Virus record (IMG/VR): IMGVR_UViG_3300023174_000001
Span: 32,001 to 96,000 of that record
Length of the DNA: 64,000 bases
Direction: 5' to 3' (one strand)
Origin: a virus
Program-made: the position numbers and the translations under genes
Notes under the pieces: model-generated
Databases searched by the model: none
What the model was told of the DNA's origin: nothing
The model's input: the letters and a program-made list of their open reading frames with translations, nothing else
Part shown: positions 29,126 through 39,591 of the stretch, piece by piece
How positions within the stretch are numbered: position 1 is the first letter of the stretch
Layout: the number at the start of each line of letters is the position of its first letter

Positions 29126-29644
29126 TTATGCCTTCTTGGTAGGAACTACCTTCTTTACAGCAGTCGCAACCTTAGCAGCAACAGTTGGCTTCTTGTCTTC
29201 GCCGTCTAGGTTAGCAAGAATGTGCTTCAGTGGGTCAACCAACTTTTCGTAAGCACATAGGTGAACCTTGACATCCTTACCAATTGACAAGTGGAGGTGG
29301 GCCCCGGTACTTGCTGAGCCGCTAGGGGTGTTCTTACCGCCACCTACAAGACCAACTACAGTCTCGCCACCAGCAACCTTGTCGCCCTTCTTTAGAGTTG
29401 AAGGCTTTGAAAGGTGTGCGTAGATTACGAACAACTTGTCGAATGTGCTGTGGATTAGGTAGTTTCCTAGAACATCGCTCCAGCCAGTTTCCATAACTGT
29501 TCCTGAAGTGATTGCCTTGATTGGAGAGTTCTCCTTTGGAGACCAGTCCTGACCACGGTGTGGTCTTCCGTTTCTGTATGGTGCTAGGTTTCCAAACTCG
29601 TCGTTGCGAGTTGCTTTTGGAAATGGTTCAAAATACTTTGCCAT
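29126..29644 (-). CDS. M23 peptidase (endolysin-like)
   Basis: HRGQD, YAHL, STGAHLHL; ATG at 29644 after AAGGA. Confidence 0.88.
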   Translation of the reverse strand: MAKYFEPFPKATRNDEFGNLAPYRNGRPHRGQDWSPKENSPIKAITSGTVMETGWSDVLGNYLIHSTFDKLFVIYAHLSKPSTLKKGDKVAGGETVVGLVGGGKNTPSGSASTGAHLHLSIGKDVKVHLCAYEKLVDPLKHILANLDGEDKKPTVAAKVATAVKKVVPTKKA

Positions 29645-29666
29645 TGTTTTCCTTATTGTTAGTTGA

Positions 29667-30737
29667 TTATTTTTCTTCGGTGATTGGACCGCCAACAACC
29701 CAAGCAGAACAAGTTCTTGATGCGGCACACTTGAAATCAAATGCTTCGCAGTATCCTAGTTCTGCTTGGTCAATAGCATCCCAAGCATTTTGTTGACCAG
29801 AATCGCCAGCGGAAATTCCACCCTCGATACAGTCCAACATCTTTGGTGTGCGAATAAACATTACGCAGTTCCCGCACACACTCTTTTTTGCGTCAACCAC
29901 TGGTAGTGACCAACGCTTGGCTTTTTCAGCCCAAAACTCTTCATTAGGTTCTTTAGGATTTAGTGGTCCATAGCCAGCGGTCTCGATTGCTTTTTCTCTG
30001 TTAGCAAGATTGACAGCAATATCCTGAGTCGCTGGTGGACAAGAATCGTCGTCTAGGGCAAAAACCATCGACGCTACTAATGGATTCATTGAGGCAGTTT
30101 CTTTACTGCGTGGGTGAAGTTTAGGGAGTAGGTCATTGTCTTGAACATACTTAGGGTTGTTGGGCTTACCAGAGCGAACAAGTTTTAAGAAAGCATTTAC
30201 ACGAGCCATAGCCCAAGAGTTTCTGTTTTGGTCTGGGCGGTGAGAAGTTGAGAACGCACCCGCTCCACGGCGATAGACAGCCTTGAGTTTTGCTAGCGTA
30301 ACCTTGCGACCATTCTTTGCTTTAGCGTTGTGCTCTTCGACTTTCTTTTCAAGAGCCTTAGTAATCTCGGCAGTGAAAGTAATTCCTTTACCTGTATCTG
30401 CTGAGCCTTCTTTGTTCTTATCAGAGCCTTTGATTTGGTCTTTCTTAGGTGCTGGCTTAGAACCTGCTGTGGCAGTAACAACAACGCCATCTGGAATAAC
30501 AGCAAAGCGACATTTGCCATCTGGCTCCACTTCAGCAGAAATGATTGAGCACTCAGAGCCACCTCTGTATAGAACACAGTTTGAGCACTTTACGCCAATG
30601 GCAGCGACTTCGTTAGCCTCGGCTGCTTCGTAGCCAGCCCAAATGCCAGTCTCGTCTTCATTAAACTTGCCATACTTCTGAGCGAGTAGGAGCAACGCAT
30701 TAGCGAGGTCTCTCTCTTCAGGGTTTAAATTAGGCAT
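29667..30737 (-). CDS. Multi-module Cys-rich hypothetical protein
   Basis: Two CxNC-containing modules flank an AVYRRGAGA...WAMARVNAFL module. Confidence 0.6.
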   Translation of the reverse strand: MPNLNPEERDLANALLLLAQKYGKFNEDETGIWAGYEAAEANEVAAIGVKCSNCVLYRGGSECSIISAEVEPDGKCRFAVIPDGVVVTATAGSKPAPKKDQIKGSDKNKEGSADTGKGITFTAEITKALEKKVEEHNAKAKNGRKVTLAKLKAVYRRGAGAFSTSHRPDQNRNSWAMARVNAFLKLVRSGKPNNPKYVQDNDLLPKLHPRSKETASMNPLVASMVFALDDDSCPPATQDIAVNLANREKAIETAGYGPLNPKEPNEEFWAEKAKRWSLPVVDAKKSVCGNCVMFIRTPKMLDCIEGGISAGDSGQQNAWDAIDQAELGYCEAFDFKCAASRTCSAWVVGGPITEEK

Positions 30738-30755
30738 AGGTTTATTGTAAGACTT

Positions 30756-31210
30756 TTAGGACTTCTTGATTTTCTTAGAAACTGGCTTTTCTTCTTCTTC
30801 TTCTTCTTCTTCTTCTTCTGGCTTCTCATAGCGAAGTGGGAAAGTAAGCACCCAGATGCCAAGTGTCAGAGCAATTAACTTTCCAGTCAGGTCTTTAGCA
30901 GAACCCTCCAGTACTAGCCAAGCCACAGCCATACCTAGTAGGGTCCAAGCCTGACCGATGATGTCCTTTAGCAGTTCTATTAGGAAGTTCTTCATTATTT
31001 ATCTTCTTTCTTGCCAGCGAAGTATCCACCGATAATACCGATTAGACCTACGAGGGCGTTCTGTACCAGAGCGATTGCGTCTGGGTTTGTTCCTACTACT
31101 TCGCCAAGCATTTGCTGGGCATTTAGCATTGCTACATACTCACCAATGACCACTGTGCCAATAAACGCAAGTATGCCTATGGTGATGATTACCATGAGTT
31201 TGTCTTTCAT
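30756..31210 (-). CDS. Two small 2-TM membrane proteins (30756-30995, 30995-31210), holin-like
   Basis: Hydrophobic helices with charged tails; (GAA)10 poly-Glu in the first. Confidence 0.6.
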
Positions 31211-31626
31211 TACTTTTCTTCTTTCTGAGCAAGTGCTCGTTTGGCTTTTAGTTCCTCAAAGTCTTTTACTTTTGTGTCTCCCATATACCCCCACGCATAA
31301 CCACCTGCGATAAGTGCGTGATTGACGGACTGTCCATCTCCGTCAAGGTATAGCCAGCCCAGAACGCGACCATACTTCTCTGATGAGTCTGGCTTCTCTG
31401 TTCTGATAACGATGACTGTGGCAGCCTTTAGTTTCTTCTTGAGAAGTTCTTTGACTTCAAGACCAAGAACCTTTTCTGCCTTATCTGTTGTGCGAGACTC
31501 TGGGGTGTCAATGCCAGCAAGACGAACTCGCTTGGTGATTGAAATGTCAAAGCCTAAGTCAATGTCGACATCGATAGTGTCTCCGTCAACTACTGCCAAG
31601 ACACTCTTGACTCTGTATTCGTACAT
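31210..31626 (-). CDS. Thermonuclease (SNase) family nuclease
   Basis: VDGDT, RLAGIDTPE, KYGRVL. Confidence 0.9.
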   Translation of the reverse strand: MYEYRVKSVLAVVDGDTIDVDIDLGFDISITKRVRLAGIDTPESRTTDKAEKVLGLEVKELLKKKLKAATVIVIRTEKPDSSEKYGRVLGWLYLDGDGQSVNHALIAGGYAWGYMGDTKVKDFEELKAKRALAQKEEK

Positions 31627-31628
31627 AC

Positions 31629-34355
31629 TTACTTTCCTATTCTTCTTGAACCGCTTGAGCCTGTGGAGCCACCTGCTGAAACGGCTGCTGATGTAGCAGC
31701 ACCTGCTGCTGCTTGTACTGCGACACCTGCTGCGACAACAGCAGTGACCACAATCTTCTTAGACTCTTCACGCTTTGCTGGAGACATATCCGCACCTGCG
31801 TTGCCAAAGAAGTTGAGGAGTTCTACTGCCCCTGCTAAACCTGGGATGGCTGCTAGTTCTGGTGAAAGTTCAATGTCATCTTGCTCGGCAGCAAGGTAGA
31901 GAGCATCCAACGCTTGTTTGTACTCTGGTGAGCCCTCTTCTGCTGTCTCAAAGACAACAAGGGCTGCTTCTACAAGTTGCTCTGCTTGTGCTTCGGTCAG
32001 TTCGGTAGGGTCTACTGCTTCTAAGTCGACATCCATAAGGTTCTCAATAACGGCAGGAATTTCGGCTGAACCCTTTTCTGGTTCTGGTTCTGGCTGAATT
32101 GGGGCTGGGGTATCAAGAATGGTTTCTAAGTCAGTGAAAGAGATGTCAGAGTTTATGTTGATTTCTAGGGGAGATGTTGCTTCTTCTAGAGACGCTTCTG
32201 CCTGTGTCTTAGTGGCTAATGCTACAGATTCACCTTCAACTGCTACTTGAAGGTTTGCTTCTTCTGTGGCTAAGTTTTGGGAAGCAAGTGCTTGTTCTGA
32301 TTGGGCGGAAGTTAGGGTTTGGGTCTTGGAGTTGTGTTCAGTCTCGGCCAAGCCTTCTTGTTCTATCGCATTGCTTAAGTTATTCCCGGCCTTCGCCTTC
32401 GCTGCCTCCCTAGTTTCTTTCTCTGAAAGGGCTTCTTCGTAAGAAGTTTGGGCATCGTTATGCTTTTCCTGGGAGTGGAGTAGGTCTTCCTGAGCCGAGT
32501 TATATAATCCTTGCTTCTGAGACTTATTACTTAGTGCTAAGTCATAAACGCTAGTAAGGCTATTTAGATTACTTTGGGCTTCGGAAGTTGCTGGTTGAAC
32601 CTGCTGTAAAATTGCGTAGGCTGAGTTCTCTATTTCGGCTAAAGCAATAAGAGTGTAGTAAGCGTTTGTTGTTGCTTGGGCTGCGAGTTGCTGGTTAGCC
32701 TGTGCTGTCTGCCACTCTTCCTCTGCTTGCTGGTTAGCAAGAACGGTAGCGTCATAGTAGACCTGTGCGTTATTTAGAGCAGGTAGTAGGTTAGGGTTCT
32801 TGACCATTGGAGTTGGTTGATTCTGTGAATACCAAGATGCTGGAACTACACCCCAATTAGTATTTGACTGATAGTAAAGGGTGGAACAGGCTCCACCACC
32901 CCACTCATAGAACCAAGCGTCAATGGCGTAAGACCGACCTGCTTGTAGGGAAGTAGAGTTCCAGTTTCCGCCACAGCCTTTTAGATACCAGTTGTTGATG
33001 ACATTGACCCCGTTGACATTCATATAGAAGCCATCGTCTGCTTGGTTCATAAGATAGGTAATGTTTTCGGTTGGTGTGATGTAGCCCGTGTAGTGAATCA
33101 TTACTCGGTCATTGCCACAACCCAAGATGTTTCCGCCACCCCAGTTGGCTTCTATATTGGTAAGAGTGGTGGTTAGACATAAGTTATAGGCAGTATCTGA
33201 ACGCTCTGGGTATGCTGAGTTTAGGTTGTTGTAAACCTTTACAGTAAGACCTTGTACTGTCGCCTCTCCTTGCCCTGATGGAATAAGAAGATTGTCGTAG
33301 TTCCACTGTGCTTGTGTAAGTTGATTGGTTGCTACCTGTAAGTTTGTGCGTGTGTTATTTACTGTTGCTTCGGCACCTACATACTCGTTATAAACGATGT
33401 TGTAGTCAGCAATTAGTGAGTTATAGGTGCTGATGTAATCTGTTGTGCCTGTGTGTGCTTGGTCGTAGTTCTGCTGTGCTTGGTCTTGAGTTGCCTTGAC
33501 TGCGTTGTAATTACTCTGTGCTTCTGCCTTATTAGTGCTGGCAGTGGTTAGTTCCTGCTGTGCTTGGTCTAGGTTTGATTGTGCTACTTGTAAGGCTTCT
33601 GTTGCTTGTGCTGTTAGCAACTTGGCGTTGTTGAAAGTGATGAGTGCGTTGTTGGTGATTTCTATTTGAGTAGTCAGAGATGCGTCAGCAGACGAAAGAA
33701 TATCTCTCTTTTGTTGGACATCTTGCTTGACTAACGAAAGAGTAGTCAGAGACGCGTCAGCAAGGGCTTGAGCATCCCTAGTTGCTTGGGCTTTCTCTTC
33801 GTAGGTGGCTGTGGCGGTAGAAAAAAGGGCTCTATTGTCGACGGTCCTCTGTTGTGCTAAAGAATAGTCAGCAAGGGTTTTGGTTAGGGTCTGCTTAGCC
33901 TTGTTGTATGTGGCTAAGTCTTCCTTGGCTGTGGAGATTTTGGCTTCTAGGGTGGCAATCTGAGTGGAAATGGTTTGGATTGCTGGGCCTAGTTGAGGCT
34001 TTAGGGCTGGGTCAAGCAAATCTTTATTAGAGAGTTGTGCCAGTTTAGACTTGTATTGTGATAGAGTATTTTGTAAAGCAGTAATGTCTGCTTCGGAAAT
34101 GATTGGAGTTAGAGATGCAAATTTCGTTTGACGGTTTTGAAATTGGTAGTTATCTACTAGGTGTTGCGACACCTTTTGTTGTTGCGATGGTGATTGCTGT
34201 AATCCAGACAATCCGAGGTAAGTAGTCGCTAAAGCAGACTGAGCCATACATAATGGCGTAGAGAAAATAAGCACTGTCAGAGCAATCTGAGGTGCTTTTC
34301 TTCTTTTATTATATTTCTTTGAATGCTCTCCCTCACCCTTTTTGGGGTGTAGCAC
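31629..34355 (-). CDS. Large secreted/membrane coiled-coil protein with PA14 domain
   Basis: Signal-like N-terminus, Q/A-rich heptads, ADDGF...WFYEWGGGA PA14 motif, hydrophobic C-terminus. Confidence 0.7.
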   Translation of the reverse strand: MLHPKKGEGEHSKKYNKRRKAPQIALTVLIFSTPLCMAQSALATTYLGLSGLQQSPSQQQKVSQHLVDNYQFQNRQTKFASLTPIISEADITALQNTLSQYKSKLAQLSNKDLLDPALKPQLGPAIQTISTQIATLEAKISTAKEDLATYNKAKQTLTKTLADYSLAQQRTVDNRALFSTATATYEEKAQATRDAQALADASLTTLSLVKQDVQQKRDILSSADASLTTQIEITNNALITFNNAKLLTAQATEALQVAQSNLDQAQQELTTASTNKAEAQSNYNAVKATQDQAQQNYDQAHTGTTDYISTYNSLIADYNIVYNEYVGAEATVNNTRTNLQVATNQLTQAQWNYDNLLIPSGQGEATVQGLTVKVYNNLNSAYPERSDTAYNLCLTTTLTNIEANWGGGNILGCGNDRVMIHYTGYITPTENITYLMNQADDGFYMNVNGVNVINNWYLKGCGGNWNSTSLQAGRSYAIDAWFYEWGGGACSTLYYQSNTNWGVVPASWYSQNQPTPMVKNPNLLPALNNAQVYYDATVLANQQAEEEWQTAQANQQLAAQATTNAYYTLIALAEIENSAYAILQQVQPATSEAQSNLNSLTSVYDLALSNKSQKQGLYNSAQEDLLHSQEKHNDAQTSYEEALSEKETREAAKAKAGNNLSNAIEQEGLAETEHNSKTQTLTSAQSEQALASQNLATEEANLQVAVEGESVALATKTQAEASLEEATSPLEININSDISFTDLETILDTPAPIQPEPEPEKGSAEIPAVIENLMDVDLEAVDPTELTEAQAEQLVEAALVVFETAEEGSPEYKQALDALYLAAEQDDIELSPELAAIPGLAGAVELLNFFGNAGADMSPAKREESKKIVVTAVVAAGVAVQAAAGAATSAAVSAGGSTGSSGSRRIGK

Positions 34356-34363
34356 GCAATTTC

Positions 34364-34600
34364 CTAACTATCTGGTGATGGATTTCCTAGTTGATTTGCC
34401 CACACGACTTCACGAACTTCATCCATCAAATTGAAAGACGCTTCTAAAAGAGCCTCAGTTTGAAGGAGTAAATCAGCCTTTGAGTGTGGGTAGATAGGGT
34501 CTAAAAGTTGTTCGTGGACTTCGTTTACAACGGCAGTGGCTAATCTAATTCTTCTCAGATTGGCTTCTACTGCGAGTTGGTAATCATCTAATCCAGACAT
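34364..34600 (-). CDS. Hypothetical protein
   Basis: ORF; TAAAAT just upstream of ATG. Confidence 0.5.
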   Translation of the reverse strand: MSGLDDYQLAVEANLRRIRLATAVVNEVHEQLLDPIYPHSKADLLLQTEALLEASFNLMDEVREVVWANQLGNPSPDS

Positions 34601-34694
34601 AATTCATTTTACCGCACTTTTGATAGGGGGACTTACACTATACAAGTTTGGTGAATATGTATAGAAAATGGCAAAAACTATACAGGTTTAGTGT

Positions 34695-35012
34695 GGAGAT
34701 ACTAGCAAGAAATAGCGAAAGAAAATGCGTGAAATTGGATAGTATCTAATGTATCGTTTTTTCTTGGGTTGGTTAGATACTAGCAAGATTTACAGATTAT
34801 TATTTGCGTTTCGTGCTAGTATGCCAAAAAGGGAAATTTGGGGATACTAGCAAAGAAATACAAAAGTTATTTGTAGTTTCGTGATAGTATCCTATATCTA
34901 ATAGTATCTAACTATCTAATAGATTGAATTCCCTATACGCGTTAAGAGAGTGTTCCATGGGTTATGGGAAACTCAATCTATTAGAAAATTAGGTCTGTTA
35001 GATAGTTAGATA
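34695..35012. repeat. AT-rich iteron-like and inverted repeat region (candidate origin)
   Basis: GATACTAGCAA at 34698, 34776, 34843; TATCTAACTATCTAA/TTAGATAGTTAGATA inverted pair. Confidence 0.6.
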
Positions 35013-35017
35013 TTTTT

Positions 35018-36415
35018 TTGGACACTTCTAGGGAAAAACAGAAATTTGTGCTAGAGTGGGAGAAACTGAAAGTTGAGGTACATATGTCTTTTTATGGTTT
35101 GGACATGACGCAAGAAGAAGCACTTGCTGATTTGGAAAAAGTAAAGAAGTTTGGGAGTCGTGATGGTCGCGTCTGTGTTTGTGGACACGGACTTGGTTAT
35201 CACGCTTTTATCGATGGTCGTGGGGTTTACAAATGTAATGCTCAAAAGCAGACTTGTCCTTGTAAGAACCCAAGACCAGTTTTGACTACTGACAATGTGA
35301 AAGCGTTTTTATTCAAGACACACGGAAGTGCTGGTCTACACGCTTTGGGTCAAGGTATTGCCAACGCTAGCAAACTTGATAACTCAGTTGAGTGGATTAT
35401 TGATTTAGTATGCGACAGATGTGGGGCAGAAAATGTTGTCCCTTGTCCAGTAAATCAAAACGGGGTAGTAATGTTCAAAGCAACTGGTTATGACAAGTTG
35501 CTATGTAGAGATTGCCGTTCGGTAAAGTAAGAAACAAGGAGACGAAATGACAGAGAAAAAAGTAGTACCTAAACCAACTACCAATATTTGGACCGAGAAA
35601 GAACTCAAAGAAGAATTTGCTCCTATGCTCTTAGAGCAAGCAAAGTTTTATAATGCTAACTATGAGTGGGAGCAGGGCTGGGCTCTTTATCCTAATCATC
35701 GCGGTGAGTTCCGTTTAGTAGTTTTCTTTGACCCTAACTATGTGCCAAGAAGTATTCAGTGTAAAGATATTGACCCAGCACCTAAATGCTGGACAGTTGT
35801 TTGCTTGAACAAGGCGGGTAAAATTGTAATGGGCTATGGTTGGGGTGAGAGAAACTATTTTGAGACAATTGATGAAGCCAGAGAAGAATTTGGCAAAACT
35901 GCTTTAGAGATAGAGCGAAGTTTCAATATGGCTGAAGTTACAAAACTCACACCACGCAGAGCACTATGTGGCTCTTGTATGAAAACTCACGACTGGGATG
36001 AAGAGAAACAAGAGTACTTCGGAATGTGGGAGTTTCAACCACACCGTGAATTTGACTCAACCTATGACGGTTGTAGAGGATGGGACTAATGGAAGAGAAA
36101 GATATCTTTCAGCAAATTGATGAAGTCTTTGAAGATGTCGTAACTGTCTTTACCATTGAAGTAGGTGGAGAAAGTTTCAAGATAACCTCAATGGCAGAAA
36201 TTCCAACTGAGAAAATGATGGAGTTTTTTGTAGGTCCAACGGATGTACATTTGAAGTTCAAAGATATGCTTGACCTAATCGCTATGTGTTTGATAAACCC
36301 AGAAGATATAGTAAGAATCAAACAGATGAAAATGAAAAGAATGATGGAGTTTGTTTCTAGTTGGGTAGAGCAAAGTTCAGATGCGTCAATGGGAGATGGA
36401 GAAGAAATTGACTAA
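35018..36415 (+). CDS. Three hypothetical proteins (35018-35530 Cys-rich, 35547-36089, 36080-36415)
   Basis: Contiguous co-oriented ORFs. Confidence 0.6.
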
Positions 36416-37076
36416 GCCCCACTACAACATTCTGATTGCTACCCCAGGTAGAACAATACATGGCCCCTATGTCAAAAGTTTAGTAGAAACCACAAAGTGG
36501 CTAAATGAGAGAGGCCTAACCTATAAGTTTCTAAACTATGGTTCCTCTCTTGTTTCTCAAGCAAGAGAATGTACTGCCATAGATTCAGATACATCCAACT
36601 GGGAGACACACGAAATTGGTTCGGGTAAATATACCTATGACCGAATTGTTTGGATTGACTCTGACATCTCTTGGGGAGCCGAAGCATTTGAGAAACTAAT
36701 CACAAGTGAGCACGAAATCATTAGCGGTATGTATTACACACAGATTGGCGATATGTCAGTTTCTGTTTCTATGTTTGCCCCCGATGGAAAAAGTCCTGTC
36801 AACTGTAAAGAACTAGATTTCTTTATGGTCGATGAACCAATAGAAATCTTCGGTGCTGGGTTCGGGTTTATTTCAATGAAGTCTGGTGTCTTTGAGCGTA
36901 TGCAAAGACCTTGGTTCAGAATAGAAAGAATTGACCACCCGCTATTCAAGATTACTTTAGATATCGGTGAAGACTATTCTTGGTGTATGAACGCTAGACG
37001 AGCAGGTATGAAAGTGATGCTTGACCCAAGTATCAAAGTAAATCACCACAAGGAAAGCGTATGGAGCCTGAGATAA
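36381..37076 (+). CDS. Glycosyltransferase-like protein (related to 6345..7196)
   Basis: ILIATPG, WIDSD, GFGF, GEDYSWC. Confidence 0.7.
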   Translation: MRQWEMEKKLTKPHYNILIATPGRTIHGPYVKSLVETTKWLNERGLTYKFLNYGSSLVSQARECTAIDSDTSNWETHEIGSGKYTYDRIVWIDSDISWGAEAFEKLITSEHEIISGMYYTQIGDMSVSVSMFAPDGKSPVNCKELDFFMVDEPIEIFGAGFGFISMKSGVFERMQRPWFRIERIDHPLFKITLDIGEDYSWCMNARRAGMKVMLDPSIKVNHHKESVWSLR

Positions 37077-37206
37077 TTGGAAGACCCAAGTGTGGTTTTT
37101 GTGCTACAGGACATCACGACAACTGTAAAAAAGAAATCAAGTACCACGACAAGATTTGGGTTTGCGAATGTGCCCACGAAGTAAAAGAGCAAGATAAACT
37201 CATTGA

Positions 37207-37872
37207 ATGATTGACTACACCATAAGACCCGTCTCATCAAAAGACGCTAACTTGATGGTTGTAGAAAATCACTACCTCCACCGAAGAGCCAGCACTATGT
37301 TTGCTTATGGTTTATTTGATGGCGAAGAAATGATTGGTTGTGTAATTTATGGAAAGCCAGCATCACCTAGCGTTTGCGTTGGAGTTTGTGGCAAAGATGA
37401 GTCCTCTAATGTTTTAGAACTAACTCGTCTTTGGATAAAAGATGGCACTCCTAAAAATACAGAGTCTTATTTGATTGGCCGAAGCCTAAGACTTTTGCCT
37501 AAGGAAAAAGATATAGTAATCTCTTACGCTGAAATTGGTGCTGGTCATATCGGAATTGTGTATCAAGCAACTAACTGGATTTACACTGGAATGTCTGACC
37601 GCCATGTTGAGTGGAGACTGGATGGGAAATCTGGCTCCCACTCTCGTCATATCTTTGATGCCCACGGTGGAGTGAATGGTGCGAAAGCATACTACGGTGA
37701 TAGACTTGAAAGACACGAGCGACCACGAAAGCATCGCTATGTGTATTTCAACTCTTCCTCGAAACAGAGGAAGAAAGAACTGCTGGATAAGTTGAAATAT
37801 AAAATCCAGCCTTACCCAAAGAAAGATACAAAAGATGAGTTGGATAACAAATCTATTCAAGAAGAAGCCTAA
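37207..37872 (+). CDS. Mom-like adenine modification enzyme (GNAT fold)
   Basis: HYLHR, ELTRLW, NTESYLI, SYAE...H.G.VYQATNWIYTG, KHRY. Confidence 0.82.
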   Translation: MIDYTIRPVSSKDANLMVVENHYLHRRASTMFAYGLFDGEEMIGCVIYGKPASPSVCVGVCGKDESSNVLELTRLWIKDGTPKNTESYLIGRSLRLLPKEKDIVISYAEIGAGHIGIVYQATNWIYTGMSDRHVEWRLDGKSGSHSRHIFDAHGGVNGAKAYYGDRLERHERPRKHRYVYFNSSSKQRKKELLDKLKYKIQPYPKKDTKDELDNKSIQEEA

Positions 37873-38203
37873 GCGTCTTCCTGCCCGTGATGCGATTGGT
37901 CGCTTCCTTGCCGATGACAATGGCAATATTCTTTACACTGATTCACCTGCCGAACTAATTGAAAAGGCAAAAGCAAAAGCGTTGAAGAAGGATAGAGAAC
38001 TACTAAACCGAATCAACACTATTCACAAATTGACAACCTCTACAACTTGTGGTTGTGGTGGAGATTGTAAGTGTGCTTCAGAAAAGCCAGCCGTAAAAAA
38101 GCCAGCCGTAAAGAAAACAGCATCTAAACCTGTCGCAAAGAAGCCAGTTGCTAAAAAGACAACTTCAACAACTGCTAAGAAAGCAACACCAAAAAAGAAG
38201 TAA
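37835..38203 (+). CDS. Basic protein with histone-H1-like PAVKK tail
   Basis: KPAVKKPAVKK...KKATPKKK; RDAIGRF. Confidence 0.6.
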   Translation: MSWITNLFKKKPKRLPARDAIGRFLADDNGNILYTDSPAELIEKAKAKALKKDRELLNRINTIHKLTTSTTCGCGGDCKCASEKPAVKKPAVKKTASKPVAKKPVAKKTTSTTAKKATPKKK

Positions 38204-38483
38204 TTTCAAAACACTTTTTAGAATTAGCCCCGTAAAAATCTAATCCTTGATTTTTCGGGGTTTTTTCTATGTTTGTAAATGAAAAAGGTACCCCGGTCCC
38301 TCACCAGGGGCAAAATTTCGCCCAAAGCAGATTTCGCCAATAGCGTATAGTGGGAACTGTCGGGGTCTAGCCTCGACGGGTAGAGGCGTTCTTTGAATTG
38401 CGTAATTGCAAACAGAATGGGTTGAGTGGTCAGCAGCCTCTCCCCCGTCTGGCCACTCAACTCTTAGTGTTAGGTAATTACTT

Positions 38484-39413
38484 ATGACAGACGCAATTGA
38501 GAGAGACCCGTTTGCCAAACCTGAGTTGGAACTTCCAGATGTCCAAATCGACACCCCTATAAATCTCAGACCCGACCTCAGTCTCCACGGAATTGAAGAG
38601 ACCGACCGTGGCGTATGTCTGGACACATTTGAAAATAGACAAGCGTTGCGTAGGGCTAAGTTCAATTGGCTTCCCGTCTACGCTCTAAACGGAGTTCCGA
38701 CTGGACTAATCCAAGCCCTCTCCCCGGAGATGCAGAGCCAGCAACGGCTAATGTCGCTTGAAGAAAAGTTAGCAATTCTTTCGGACCCTAAAGATAAAAA
38801 TTCTGATTATATAACTGGCTATGACTTATTAGCCGAGTCTGCTTCAGACTACATCGCACCTCCTTGGGTACTTGGAGCAACACGGGCTTGGGCTAAGCAA
38901 CAGAATTCAGGCGAACTCTTGCATGGAAAAAAGGAACTCCCTTTTCCTCGACGCTGTAAAGCAATCAAAGATGATGGCATCAGATGTCAACTCTGGTCTG
39001 GGGGCCGAGGGGCAGACGATGGCTTGTGCCGCGTTCATTTGGGCTCCTTACGCAATAAACCTACCGACTCAGTTGAGCGTGCCCGTCATCGACTTACTCA
39101 AGCAACTCCATCCGCCGTTGATGTTCTCGAACAACTTATGGACAACGCTGAGTCCGAACCCGTCAAACTCAAGGCGGCCACCGAAATTCTTGACCGTGCT
39201 GGCATTCGTGCTGGTATTGACATCAATACCGATGTCACTATTGATGTCCGCCCCGCAGCATCCATCATCTCCGAACGGTTGGAGCGTTTAGCAAATAACG
39301 CCATAGAAGCACAACGGCGTTTACAATCAGCCCAGAGCGAACACGAGACTATAATAGAAGCAGAGGTCGTAGAAGACGACAAGAAAACCGAGACCGATGT
39401 CAAACCTGAATAG
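38484..39413 (+). CDS. Hypothetical protein, possibly terminase small subunit-like
   Basis: RCKA...G.RC...CRVH finger and VKLKAATEILDRAG motif. Confidence 0.4.
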   Translation: MTDAIERDPFAKPELELPDVQIDTPINLRPDLSLHGIEETDRGVCLDTFENRQALRRAKFNWLPVYALNGVPTGLIQALSPEMQSQQRLMSLEEKLAILSDPKDKNSDYITGYDLLAESASDYIAPPWVLGATRAWAKQQNSGELLHGKKELPFPRRCKAIKDDGIRCQLWSGGRGADDGLCRVHLGSLRNKPTDSVERARHRLTQATPSAVDVLEQLMDNAESEPVKLKAATEILDRAGIRAGIDINTDVTIDVRPAASIISERLERLANNAIEAQRRLQSAQSEHETIIEAEVVEDDKKTETDVKPE

Positions 39414-39591
39414 TATAGTAGAACAACTAACGGCGTTGACGGAGGGGCTTCACGAAGATGTTAAACTAGCGTCGACCAGATTGGAACACATCAGGCTGAC
39501 GGCGAGGGCCAACGAAGCGGTCAACATTCTTCACGACCTTATGCTATTCCAGGATGCGGAAGGCCAAGATGCCAACACCGACGGCGAGTGA
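39397..39591 (+). CDS. Hypothetical protein
   Basis: ORF overlapping both neighbours. Confidence 0.5.
   Translation: MSNLNSIVEQLTALTEGLHEDVKLASTRLEHIRLTARANEAVNILHDLMLFQDAEGQDANTDGE

Noticed and set aside
30789-30819. (TTC)10 as a phase-variation switch
   Set aside because: An in-frame triplet repeat encoding poly-Glu; slippage would not shift the frame
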